From Ktedonobacteria bacterium brp13 (GTDB lineage Bacteria; Chloroflexota; Ktedonobacteria; Ktedonobacterales; Ktedonobacteraceae): a stretch of 24,000 nucleotides of DNA. The stretch spans positions 5,721,485-5,745,484 of the forward strand of contig AP024096.1 of assembly GCA_015099395.1 (NCBI GenBank). Direction: 5' to 3'. Numbering within the stretch: position 1 is the stretch's first letter; every line of letters begins with the position of its first letter. The position numbers were made by a program, and so were the translations under genes. The notes below the pieces were generated by a model. That model made no database searches. It had not been told where the DNA came from and saw only the letters and a program-made list of their open reading frames with translations. Below are positions 1 to 8,301 of the stretch, one piece after another.

Positions 1-1
1 C

Positions 2-1087
2 CCGATCGGTATTATCGGTGTCATCATGGGTATGATCTTCCTGCGTGAGAGTGTGCCGCATCGTGTAAAGTTCGACTTTGTTGGCTTCATCTTTGCAGGC
101 TCTGGTCTTGCTCTTACACTGTATGGCCTCTCCTCCGCTGCCTCTGATGGCTGGGGTTCCGCTACGGTTGTCGGCTGTATCAGCGTTGGATTGGTTCTGC
201 TGGCGATCTTTATCGCACTGACATTGATCAAGGCCAAAACGGGTGCGGCGGTTCTGCTGGATCTGCGGGTCTTCGGTGATGCAAGCTTTACGATGAGCAT
301 TATTGCCAGTGCGCTGGTGACCTTTGCTCTGTATGGCGGACTCTTTGTCATTCCGATCTATCTGCAGACATTACGTGGCCTCTCTGCATATCAGTCTGGT
401 CTGGATCTCTTACCGCAGGCCCTTTTCTCGATGCTTGCGGTCTTGATTGGTGGTCGCCTGGTTGATAAGATTGGTGTCCGTGCAGTGGTTATTCCAGGTC
501 TGATCCTCCTGATTATTGCGCTGTATATGTTGACATCGCTCAACCTGTACGAGCCGGTCTCTACTGTGCAGTTTGCGCTTTGCCTGCGTGGTTTTGCCGT
601 GGGTCTCAGCTTCCAGCCACTCTCTGTATCGATGCTCGCAAATATCAAACCACGGATGCTTTCGCAGGCGTCCGCAGTCAATACCACGGTGCGTTTCGTT
701 ATCAGTTCACTGGCTGTCTCGATCATCTCAACCTATACAACTTCTCAGAGTCAACTGCACTTCGCCAATCTGGCGATGCTGGCTACGCCAGACTCTTCTA
801 TGGGTCATCTGATGACTATTATCCAGCAAGGGTTGCTTGCCAGTGGATACTCAGCACAGAGTGCGTTGGCGACAGCGGGCTCCTATGTCAGTGGTATGTT
901 GCAGGCGCAGGCGTATGTCCAGGCGATGGGCGACACCTTCTGGGTAACACTCATACTGGTTATCGTTGCCATTGTCGCTACAGCCTGTATCGGTGGCTTT
1001 AAAAAGAAAAATGGACAGGATCAACCGGCCGTTGAGCTAACCGATGAAGAAAAGAAAGCTATTGAAGAAGCAAAGATAGCTGTCTAA
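2..1087 (+). CDS. MFS transporter, DHA2 (EmrB/QacA-like), 5' end outside window
   Basis: The frame is open from the window edge. PIGIIGVIMGMIFLRES aligns with LPIGIVGLLMAFFFLHES of the full-length paralog at 3759-5378. By eye it is roughly half identical to the C-terminal two thirds of that paralog, including the identical block SMLAVLIGGRLVDKIGVRAVVIPGL. It has many hydrophobic TM segments. Confidence 0.9.
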   Translation, partial: PIGIIGVIMGMIFLRESVPHRVKFDFVGFIFAGSGLALTLYGLSSAASDGWGSATVVGCISVGLVLLAIFIALTLIKAKTGAAVLLDLRVFGDASFTMSIIASALVTFALYGGLFVIPIYLQTLRGLSAYQSGLDLLPQALFSMLAVLIGGRLVDKIGVRAVVIPGLILLIIALYMLTSLNLYEPVSTVQFALCLRGFAVGLSFQPLSVSMLANIKPRMLSQASAVNTTVRFVISSLAVSIISTYTTSQSQLHFANLAMLATPDSSMGHLMTIIQQGLLASGYSAQSALATAGSYVSGMLQAQAYVQAMGDTFWVTLILVIVAIVATACIGGFKKKNGQDQPAVELTDEEKKAIEEAKIAV

Positions 1088-1175
1088 AAAGCTCTGCTTA
1101 TTCATACACATTGATTATTCAGCAACAAGGAATGATGTATTCCAAAGGCATTATTTTAAGAAGGAGACTCAAGCG

Positions 1176-1832
1176 ATGCGTCGTAGTAGTGTGATCTTAG
1201 TTCCGGTTCTCATTTTCGTTGCCATCCTGGCAATTGTTATTGGTGGTGGTCTGTATTTCTACAATGGCTACCTGTATTATTCGACAGATGATGCTCAAGT
1301 CGCTGGCAAGATGCTGAGTATTAGCAGCACTGCCAATGGTCAGTTGACGACTATTGTGAATGTCGGCGATAAGGTGGCTGCTGGCCAGACCGTGGCTACG
1401 GTGGCTGGCGTCTCAGCCACAGGTCACAAGACCCTGAGTGATATTACCTCTTCAATCAGCGGCACCGTTGTGCAATCCAGTGCCATTCAGGGCCAGGTCG
1501 TTGCTGCTGGTACTCCTCTGGCGCAGATCGCCAATATGGACAATCCTACCGTTACCGCGTATATTGATGAGAGTCAATTGAATAACGTGAAGGTCGGTCA
1601 GCAGGTTGATGTCAATGTTGATGCCTTCCCAGGTACTACCTACAACGGTCATGTGCAGCAGATCGTCCAGGCGACCGCCGGAACTTTCTCGCTGATCCCG
1701 TCGACCGACAATACCAGCGGTAACTTCACGAAGGTTTCACAGCGCGTGCCAGTGATCATCACTCTGGATGGTACTAGTACTAACGATCTTGTCCCTGGCT
1801 TGAGTGCAACGGCAAAAATTCACCTGCACTAA
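1176..1832 (+). CDS. HlyD/EmrA-family membrane fusion (adaptor) protein, short form lacking the alpha-hairpin
   Basis: AAGGAG RBS lies 7 nt upstream of the ATG. There is an N-terminal TM helix followed by YYSTDDAQV. The split lipoyl-like halves (GDKVAAGQTVATV ... ISGTVV) are only ~15 aa apart. The C-terminal motif GNFTKVSQRVPVIITL is typical of EmrA-type adaptors. It is a paralog of 5447-6124. Confidence 0.85.
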   Translation: MRRSSVILVPVLIFVAILAIVIGGGLYFYNGYLYYSTDDAQVAGKMLSISSTANGQLTTIVNVGDKVAAGQTVATVAGVSATGHKTLSDITSSISGTVVQSSAIQGQVVAAGTPLAQIANMDNPTVTAYIDESQLNNVKVGQQVDVNVDAFPGTTYNGHVQQIVQATAGTFSLIPSTDNTSGNFTKVSQRVPVIITLDGTSTNDLVPGLSATAKIHLH

Positions 1833-1856
1833 GATCTTGTATGGTATTGAGCTCCA

Positions 1857-1883
1857 GGCAAGCAAGCTGAAGAATTGCTTGCC
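1857..1883 (+). terminator. Intra-operon hairpin (possible attenuator or partial terminator)
   Basis: GGCAAGCAA (1857-1865) pairs perfectly with TTGCTTGCC (1875-1883) around a 9-nt loop. The downstream tract tgtgtgtatggtttt is only weakly T-rich. Confidence 0.3.
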
Positions 1884-1910
1884 TGTGTGTATGGTTTTAA
1901 GGAGAACAGT

Positions 1911-2570
1911 ATGAACAGTACGTTCATTACTATTATATGTGCCGTGGTCGCGGTCGTAGCTCTGTTACTGGCTTTCTTGCTGGCTCGCGGCGGTGGCGCA
2001 AGTGCAAGCAGCGCGAGCAGCGCAAGTGTAGAGCCAAAGGCCAATGTTGAAGCGGCCTCCACACAGCCTGTAGAGTCTGCACAATCTGCTGAGCCTGCAC
2101 CAGTAGAGCAGCAGCCAGATTTCCAGCATTCACGGCCACTGGCTGATTTCCAGCGTTCGCAGCCTCTGCAGCCGCAGGTCACGCGCCAGTTTGTGCAGGA
2201 TCACGTTGAGGCTCCTGAGTATGTCGCCAAACAGACGGTGCCCGTCGCTGACTTTAACGAGGCTCCAACGACCGTGAACAATCACGTTCAGCCGGAGGTG
2301 TCACATCTCTCACACCTCACCCATGCGCCCTCGCTGTCGCTGCTTCACGAGAACAATAGCAACGAGATTACAGCGGTGAGTCGCCATCTCTATGAGATCG
2401 CCGGTCAGGTGCATATCTTACAGCGTCAGTCGCAGGAGATCGAGCAGAGTCTGGCCCAGTTGAGCGGCGTTATCGAGCGCTTGCAGCAGCAGCAGCACAC
2501 GCAACCCCCGCGTGAGTCTATCGGCTCTCTGTATACGAACGCCAGACCATATGGCGAGAGCAATTTCTAA
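1911..2570 (+). CDS. Hypothetical membrane-anchored protein: N-terminal TM, low-complexity P/Q/A/S linker, C-terminal coiled-coil motif
   Basis: I moved the start to ATG 1911, which has AAGGAGAA 6 nt upstream. The N-terminus FITIICAVVAVVALLLAFLLARGGG is a TM anchor. The C-terminal LYEIAGQVHILQRQSQEIEQSLAQLSGVIERL is conserved in the paralog at 6253-6726. It occupies the same third position after MFS and HlyD. Confidence 0.6.
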   Translation: MNSTFITIICAVVAVVALLLAFLLARGGGASASSASSASVEPKANVEAASTQPVESAQSAEPAPVEQQPDFQHSRPLADFQRSQPLQPQVTRQFVQDHVEAPEYVAKQTVPVADFNEAPTTVNNHVQPEVSHLSHLTHAPSLSLLHENNSNEITAVSRHLYEIAGQVHILQRQSQEIEQSLAQLSGVIERLQQQQHTQPPRESIGSLYTNARPYGESNF

Positions 2571-2606
2571 TATGTTCTGGTACATTTAGTGGTTTAATAC
2601 GCATGG

Positions 2607-2638
2607 AAGGAGCGACACGTGATCGCTCCTTCTTTTTG
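2607..2638 (+). terminator. Rho-independent terminator of the first efflux cassette
   Basis: A perfect 9-bp stem AAGGAGCGA (2607-2615) / TCGCTCCTT (2623-2631) has a 7-nt loop and is followed by CTTTTTG. Confidence 0.8.
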
Positions 2639-2735
2639 TATCCTCTAATATTCTTACCTATGTGAGTGCCTACTATAGCAAATACAGCGTTGTATGCGCA
2701 TCTATTGATCCTCCTATCTTTCTATCCTCCTATAC

Positions 2736-2764
2736 TTGACTTTACTATGACCTTCTGGTAATAT
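2736..2764 (+). promoter_or_regulatory. Sigma70-like promoter upstream of the TetR gene
   Basis: TTGACT (2736-2741), a 17-nt spacer, then TAATAT (2759-2764). It lies ~100 nt upstream of the TetR start. Confidence 0.55.
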
Positions 2765-2766
2765 CG

Positions 2767-2780
2767 TGACTGTAGAGTCA
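2767..2780. promoter_or_regulatory. Candidate TetR operator palindrome
   Basis: TGACT-gtag-AGTCA is a perfect inverted repeat starting 3 nt after the -10 box. Further AGTCA/GGTCA half-sites lie at about 2796, 2816 and 2835. An adjacent 10-bp palindrome ATGAATTCAT is at 2780-2789. Confidence 0.4.
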
Positions 2781-2861
2781 TGAATTCATTCTAAAAGTCA
2801 AAATTAACTTTTTTTAGTCAATTACTAACTGGCTGGTCACTAGCCTTTCTGGAGTATACCT

Positions 2862-3512
2862 GTGCCTGAGAAGGCTTATTCGCGCTCGTTAAAAGAGAGA
2901 CAGAAGCGGCAGCGTGAAGAACTGATCCTGCAGTGTGCCGAGGCGGTCTTGCTGGAGAAGGGCTATCATGATATGTCGATGGATGAGATCGCTGCGCGTG
3001 TTGGTATCGCGAAGGGGACGGTCTATCTGCATTTCGCGAAGAAGGAAGATCTTGTCCACGCGTTACTGGATCGTGAGATGCTGTCTGTGCTACAAATGAT
3101 CGAAACCGCTAAAGCTATGGATGGAACGGTGCGTGCCAGGCTGGAGACGATTCTGCGCTCGCTGTATCCGGGCCTGTCGGAGAAGCGGGATCATCTGTTG
3201 TATCTGCTCTTTAGTGAGAGTGATATTCGTACGGCGATGCACGAGAAGCACAGTGCGGTGATGTATGAGATGTCGATGCAAGTGACGCAACTGTTGGAAG
3301 AGGGCAAGGCACGCGGCGAGTTTCGAGCGGAGATCCCTACGCGGGTTATGCTGCTGACGTTCTTTAGCCTGCTCTCTGCGCGCTCATACAAACGTACATT
3401 GAAGGATTGGGATATCGAACCAGAAGTGGTAATAGACAATATTGCAGGCATCTACTTTCGGGGGATCGCCGCTGATAGACCCGAACGTCATGATGAAGAT
3501 GAAGCTCGCTGA
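2862..3512 (+). CDS. TetR/AcrR-family transcriptional regulator
   Basis: GTG start with a GGAG RBS. The N-terminal HTH is typical of the TetR family (ILQCAEAVLLEKGYHDMSMDEIAARVGIAKGTVYLHFAKKEDL), followed by a helical C-terminal ligand domain. It sits between two efflux cassettes. Confidence 0.9.
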   Translation: MPEKAYSRSLKERQKRQREELILQCAEAVLLEKGYHDMSMDEIAARVGIAKGTVYLHFAKKEDLVHALLDREMLSVLQMIETAKAMDGTVRARLETILRSLYPGLSEKRDHLLYLLFSESDIRTAMHEKHSAVMYEMSMQVTQLLEEGKARGEFRAEIPTRVMLLTFFSLLSARSYKRTLKDWDIEPEVVIDNIAGIYFRGIAADRPERHDEDEAR

Positions 3513-3758
3513 AATGGAGAGAGAAGAGATCGGATAATGTTCTCTGCTCCCGCGTAGAGGAAAAGTAGTCGAGGAGGAAGGGATGTGGCGGAATGATTCA
3601 TGTATCCACATATACAAGAATAATACTGCTCCTCACGTGTGATTGCGAGCTGTTTTTTTTGTGCTCTATCCTGTGTGCATACCAGGTAGTTTGCTCAAGA
3701 GTGATGATTACAGGTGTGCTCACGCTGTTGAACCGCTATGTAAGGAGTTTTCTCGACC

Positions 3759-5378
3759 ATGCAAGCAACTGTACCTGTCGCGCGTAGCGAGAGGGGGGTA
3801 GCATATAAATGGATCGTGGCGATGGTGGTCATCTTTGGGATCTTTATGAGCATCCTCGATAGCACGATCGTAAATATCGCTATTCCTCGTCTACAGACTG
3901 CGTTTGGCTCAAGTTTGAATGATGTGCAGTGGGTCTTGACCGGGTATACGCTGGCGCAAGGTGTCGCGACCCCGCTGACGGCGTTTATATCGGATCGTAT
4001 AGGAACGAAACGTTTCTATATGTTATCGCTGATCGGTTTTATTGTGGGGTCGGCCTGCTGTGGTTTCGCCTGGAGTTTGCCAATACTGATTGTGTTTCGT
4101 GTGTTCCAGGGTGCGAGCGGTGCGTTTTTGACACCGTTGGCGATGACTCTCCTCTATCGTGAATTTCCCCCCAGCGAGCGTGGTACGGCGATGGGTGCGC
4201 TGGGTATCCCGATCTTGCTCGCACCTGCCCTGGGTCCGACGCTTGGTGGCTATATTGTGACTTTCGCTGGTTGGCAGCTCATCTTCTTTATTAATCTGCC
4301 AATCGGTATTGTTGGTCTCTTGATGGCGTTCTTCTTCCTGCATGAGAGTCCGATCAACCCGCGGATCGATTTTGATCTGCTTGGTTTTATCACGGCTGCC
4401 CTGGGCCTGGGACTCCTGCTCTATGGTCTCTCGGATGCCAGTACTGATGGCTGGTCCTCTGGTATTGTACTGGGCTGTCTGATCGGCGGTGGCCTGCTGC
4501 TGGTGATGTTTATCCTGGTGGAACTAGGACGGATCAGGCGCGAGGAACAACCATTGCTCGATATTCGGGTCTTCAGTAGCCGTCCATTCTCGTCGAGTAT
4601 GATCGCCAGTACACTGGTCATCTTCGCGCTCTATGGAGGCCTCTTTCTGGTGCCTGTCTATCTCCAATCGTTGCGTGGCTATAGCGCATTTCAGGCTGGA
4701 CTCGTCCTCTTACCACAGGCGTTCGCTTCTATGCTTGCGGTCCTGATCGGCGGTCGCCTGGTTGATAAGATAGGCGTACGAGCCGTCGTCATTCCTGGTC
4801 TTGTGATTACAGCCATATCGCTATGGCGTCTGACCTTCCTTAACCTTTACATTCCAACATCGTCGTTCCAGCTTATTCTGATCCTGCGTGGCTTTGGTAT
4901 CGGTCTGTGTTTGCAGCCACTGATGGTCTCGGCAGTTGCTGAGATGCCCATACGGCGTATGGCCCAGGCTTCGGCTGTCAGCACAACCATTCGTTTCGTT
5001 GGTAGCTCGCTTGCTGTGGCGATTATCGCGACGCTCGTACAGAGCCAGACCAAGCTTCATTATGCCCATCTCGCTGAGCGTGTAACTCCAAACTCCAGCC
5101 AGGGTCAGCTGGTGAATTTATTACAGGCGCTCTTCATCTCGCATGGCTTTCCCGTTGCCTATGCGCAGGCCTATGCTGTCAAGACGATTGGTGGATTGCT
5201 CGAACGGCAGTCCTACATGCTCGCGATGCAAGACGCCTTCTGGATAACGCTTGTGCTCGCCATTCTCGCAATCGTCGCATCATTTTTCGTTGGCTCCCGT
5301 CGTAGCAAAGCATCAGCGGTCGTAACGCTTTCTGAAGAAGAGATCGCTGCACGTCGCGAAGCCTTGATCGCTGGCTAG
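3759..5378 (+). CDS. MFS transporter, DHA2 (EmrB/QacA-like, 14-TMS type), full length
   Basis: 539 aa with AAGGAG 10 nt upstream. The N-terminal DHA2 signatures are MSILDSTIVNIAIPRL, LTGYTLAQGVATPL, DRIGTKRF and FRVFQGASGAF. It is hydrophobic throughout. Confidence 0.92.
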   Translation: MQATVPVARSERGVAYKWIVAMVVIFGIFMSILDSTIVNIAIPRLQTAFGSSLNDVQWVLTGYTLAQGVATPLTAFISDRIGTKRFYMLSLIGFIVGSACCGFAWSLPILIVFRVFQGASGAFLTPLAMTLLYREFPPSERGTAMGALGIPILLAPALGPTLGGYIVTFAGWQLIFFINLPIGIVGLLMAFFFLHESPINPRIDFDLLGFITAALGLGLLLYGLSDASTDGWSSGIVLGCLIGGGLLLVMFILVELGRIRREEQPLLDIRVFSSRPFSSSMIASTLVIFALYGGLFLVPVYLQSLRGYSAFQAGLVLLPQAFASMLAVLIGGRLVDKIGVRAVVIPGLVITAISLWRLTFLNLYIPTSSFQLILILRGFGIGLCLQPLMVSAVAEMPIRRMAQASAVSTTIRFVGSSLAVAIIATLVQSQTKLHYAHLAERVTPNSSQGQLVNLLQALFISHGFPVAYAQAYAVKTIGGLLERQSYMLAMQDAFWITLVLAILAIVASFFVGSRRSKASAVVTLSEEEIAARREALIAG

Positions 5379-5446
5379 CTCATACTGAACATTGCAATAG
5401 AACATATTACAGAAATGTACGATAGAAGAAGAAGGAGATACGTGCT

Positions 5447-6124
5447 ATGCGCCGTACTGTTCTTGTGACTACGCTGATCTTCATTGCCATTCTGGCAGTG
5501 TTGGGTGGTGGTGCCTGGTTTTTTTTCCAGAACTACCAATATTACAGTACCGATGATGCCCAGGTGACAGGTCCGATGCTGACCGTGAGCAGTCCTGCCG
5601 CCGGTCAACTCAACACACTCTCAGTCAAGCTGGGTGATAAAGTGACCTCCGGCCAGATTCTTGGGACCGTGACGGCTCCTCCGGTAGCAGGAGCAACTGG
5701 CGCTACCAGTAAGGCCACGGCCACGGTTGTGAATATCACCAGTCCGATAGCGGGGACAATCGTGCAGGTTCCAGCTGTGCAGGGGCAGATGGTTGCGCCT
5801 GGCGTGGGTCTGGTCGAGGTTGCCGATCTGAGTAACCTTACCGTGACGGCCTATGTTGATGAGGGAGCGCTCAGAAATGTGAAGGTAGACCAGAGTGTGG
5901 ATGTTACGGTTGATGCCTATAGTGGGACAACCTATAGCGGACATGTGCAGCAGATCGTGCAGGCGACGGCTGGTTCATTCTCGCTGCTGCCCACCTCAGA
6001 TCCGACCAGCGGCAACTTCACCAAGGTCTCACAACGCGTACCGGTGATCATTTCACTGGATGGCATCGGTAGCAACGATCTCGTCCCTGGACTGAGCGCC
6101 GAAGTGACGATCCATCTGCATTAA
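5447..6124 (+). CDS. HlyD/EmrA-family membrane fusion protein, short form (paralog of 1176-1832)
   Basis: AAGGAGA RBS. The motifs are shared with the paralog: YYSTDDAQV, the split lipoyl halves, YSGHVQQIVQATAGSFSLLP and GNFTKVSQRVPVIISLD. Confidence 0.85.
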   Translation: MRRTVLVTTLIFIAILAVLGGGAWFFFQNYQYYSTDDAQVTGPMLTVSSPAAGQLNTLSVKLGDKVTSGQILGTVTAPPVAGATGATSKATATVVNITSPIAGTIVQVPAVQGQMVAPGVGLVEVADLSNLTVTAYVDEGALRNVKVDQSVDVTVDAYSGTTYSGHVQQIVQATAGSFSLLPTSDPTSGNFTKVSQRVPVIISLDGIGSNDLVPGLSAEVTIHLH

Positions 6125-6252
6125 GGATCGTATTCCGCACGTGGAATAGTGGAACAGGAAAAGATCAGAGGAGCGATATCTGCAGACCTGAATAATCTCA
6201 TCGCCCCTCTGAACGCTAACGAACGATAACGATAGAGACGAAAGGAAGAACC

Positions 6253-6726
6253 ATGCTTATTCCAGTAGGATTGATTGCTGTCGCTGTTGTTGCCCTGCTG
6301 GCTGCGTTTTTCCTGTCACGTGGTGGCGGTGACGGGGAGAGAGCCGGGGAGAGAGCCGCGGATATCATGCCAGAGAACCAGACTATAGCGACCCCAACTA
6401 CAGCAATCCCAACGCGTCCAACGAACTCAACGCGTCCACTGGAGACCATGACCGAAGAGGTTCCTGCAATCCAGACAACCCCGGCGACTGATCCAGCGAC
6501 CGAGGATAACGATGACAGCGCAACGGATACCACGATCACGACCCTTAACCGGGAGCTCTACGAGATGGCCGACCAGCTTAGCACTCTACAACGTCACTCG
6601 CGCGATATGGAACAGCGTCTCACCCATCTCAGCGGTATCATTGAACACCTCGCAACACCGATCCTGCCGTATCCTCGCCAGCCCGAACCGAGTGTCGAAG
6701 ATTATGAGTTAGCCCACGACGAATAA
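6253..6726 (+). CDS. Hypothetical membrane-anchored protein (paralog of 1911-2570)
   Basis: There is an N-terminal TM (LIAVAVVALLAAFFLSRGGG), a T/P-rich linker, and a conserved C-terminal LYEMADQLSTLQRHSRDMEQRLTHLSGIIEHL. Its operon position matches the paralog. Confidence 0.6.
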   Translation: MLIPVGLIAVAVVALLAAFFLSRGGGDGERAGERAADIMPENQTIATPTTAIPTRPTNSTRPLETMTEEVPAIQTTPATDPATEDNDDSATDTTITTLNRELYEMADQLSTLQRHSRDMEQRLTHLSGIIEHLATPILPYPRQPEPSVEDYELAHDE

Positions 6727-6751
6727 GCTGTATAGAAGAGAAGAGATAGGA

Positions 6752-6770
6752 GGAGCACACAAGGTGCTCC
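6752..6770 (+). terminator. Hairpin after the second efflux cassette (terminator-like, no U-tract)
   Basis: GGAGCAC (6752-6758) pairs with GTGCTCC (6764-6770) around a 5-nt loop. It is followed by CCCATCC rather than a T-run. Confidence 0.35.
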
Positions 6771-7532
6771 CCCATCCTTCCGCATTCTCTATATTTTCGC
6801 CATTATCCTATCCCCTCCACAGAAGTGAACCCCTTTGCATTCATGAATTAGTCGCAGGTATTAGCGCAAAATAGTTGATAAAACGGAGAAAAGATAAGAT
6901 CATCTACATAATTTGGCGTGTGTAATGTACAATGTTGTAGTACAATAAGAGGAAGCGCGAAACATATTGTAGCCATACGTAGTGTGACGCATTGTGACAC
7001 CGGTATTGTCACAAAACGGGAACGTAGACAACTGTACGCTGTTAGTAGCAGGTAATATGCTACTACTACCATTTCTACTGGTGCATTTGCAGAAATCAAT
7101 GCCGAAGAGTGCGATGGGCAGATGAGCAGATGAGTAAGACCAGGAGCGGGGGAGACGACGGCTACAGGCAGATTGCAGGCGCACTGGAGTAAATGAGAAA
7201 CGCTCTTTCGGGAGCCGAGTAACATATCCGGTTGGCCGGCTACCAGCGTCAATATATATTGTACAATTTGAGTATGTTGGCGAGAGCTGGTATCCGCGCT
7301 GTGAGAGATGATAGACTTTGTCGCGTATACCTTTATAGGGGGCAGAGTAGAATGCATTCTTGCACTCTTCTTAGCTACAATCTTATTCCAAACACCGCTA
7401 TAATTGACGTCACTAGTGTTAGATAGTGTTAGATACGTAGGTGTGCGGACAGGGAGGGTAAGTAGTGCAGAAGAGTACCGGAGATGTTGCGCGTATAGAT
7501 AGTAATAGTAACATGTAAGGAGCGGGGCTGTA

Positions 7533-7763
7533 GTGAAAACGACCGAACAAGAACCAACGACAGATATTGATCAGCAGCTCGTGCGAGAGCTGAAAGACGG
7601 CGACATACATCCGACGACCGCCAGAATCATCGAACTCATTGGTAAAAATTCTCGTATGACGGATGAAGAGATTGCGCAAGAACTGGACCTCAAGAATGCC
7701 CAGATCGCCCATGGCTGGCGTGTGGTAGCTGAAGAGACACTCAACGAGCGCAAGTGGAAGTAG
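7533..7763 (+). CDS. Small winged-helix/HTH protein (Lrp/AsnC-N-terminal-like pattern)
   Basis: GTG start with AAGGAG 10 nt upstream. TTARIIELIGKNSRMTDEEIAQELDLKNAQIAHGWR has the pattern of an HTH. A hairpin with GAGAGAG...CTCTCTC arms follows at about 7794-7837. Confidence 0.5.
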   Translation: MKTTEQEPTTDIDQQLVRELKDGDIHPTTARIIELIGKNSRMTDEEIAQELDLKNAQIAHGWRVVAEETLNERKWK

Positions 7764-7898
7764 TGAATCCAACATAGTATAGATATAAAGAACAGAGAGA
7801 GTTGCCCTTTCTTGCCAGAAGGGGTAGCTCTCTCTCTCTGTCTGCCTGCCTGTCTGCCAGGTGGTTAGCCGCCACAGGGTCCAGGATAGGATTTCTAC

Positions 7899-7927
7899 TT
7901 GACACCACCATAGAAGTCTGCTATCTT
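7899..7927 (+). promoter_or_regulatory. Sigma70-like promoter for the tRNA
   Basis: TTGACA (7899-7904), a 17-nt spacer, then TATCTT (7922-7927). This is 31 nt upstream of the tRNA 5' end. Confidence 0.5.
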
Positions 7928-7958
7928 TGTATCGGTTGCAGGTCGTAAGACTGCCTCT

Positions 7959-8031
7959 GGGGCTGTAGCTCAGTGGATAGAGCGTCGGTTTCCTAAACCG
8001 TGCGTCGGCGGTTCGAGTCCGCCCAGTCCCA
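7959..8031 (+). tRNA. tRNA-Arg (anticodon CCT)
   Basis: Cloverleaf folded by hand. Acceptor GGGGCTG/CAGTCCC has one G-U pair. D arm is GCTC-AGTGGATA-GAGC. Anticodon arm is TCGGT-TTCCTAA-ACCGT, with T33 and A37 flanking CCT and a U-U at 27-43. The variable loop is 5 nt. T arm is GGCGG-TTCGAGT-CCGCC, with discriminator A. No CCA is encoded. Total length 73 nt. Confidence 0.9.
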
Positions 8032-8039
8032 TTTCTCCC
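7989..8039 (+). repeat. attL core: 3' 43 nt of tRNA-Arg plus 8 nt downstream
   Basis: TTTCCTAAACCGTGCGTCGGCGGTTCGAGTCCGCCCAGTCCCATTTCTCCC is identical to 22177-22227. Confidence 0.9.
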
Positions 8040-8301
8040 TCCCACCGCTCCCCAACTGGCTTCGCAAGGAAACCGACACAGAAGAAACACCATTATTTTT
8101 TAGCTTGTTCTTCCCTCGGACGGTACAAACTTTACTTCGGAGAGCTAGAAAACCGTACTTCGGATATCTATTTGTCTCTCCCTCGGAACAAAGAGTACCA
8201 TACTCTGATTCATTTATGCAAGAGGTCACTAAAAACGATAGAAATGACTGGACTGTATCTGATGAAAAACTAGAACTTCTGCATATTCCTAAACACTCTT
8301 C

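Noticed and set aside
1829-2182. 117-aa minus-strand ORF opposite the anchored-protein gene, and the longer 1875 start of that gene
   Set aside because: The antisense ORF is a shadow of a low-complexity GC-rich stretch. ATG 1911 has a proper RBS and begins right at the TM anchor, matching the paralog.
3593-3787. 64-aa ORF between the TetR and MFS genes
   Set aside because: It overlaps the MFS start region, has no RBS and is Cys-rich. The region more likely holds a weak terminator-like hairpin plus T8 run (about 3631-3660) and the pump promoter, neither of which I could define confidently.
391-5069. Antisense or out-of-frame ORFs inside the MFS, HlyD and TetR genes (e.g. 391-726, 573-812, 580-1002, 1452-1652, 3090-3451, 3929-4343, 4421-4621, 4821-5069)
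   Set aside because: They are fully nested in strongly supported genes on other frames. They are typical shadow ORFs of GC-rich coding DNA.
6848-7357. 169-aa minus-strand ORF (and nested 6900-7184)
   Set aside because: It has a Cys/His/Leu-rich, low-complexity-like composition, no RBS, and lies in a palindrome-rich region. I treat it as non-coding.
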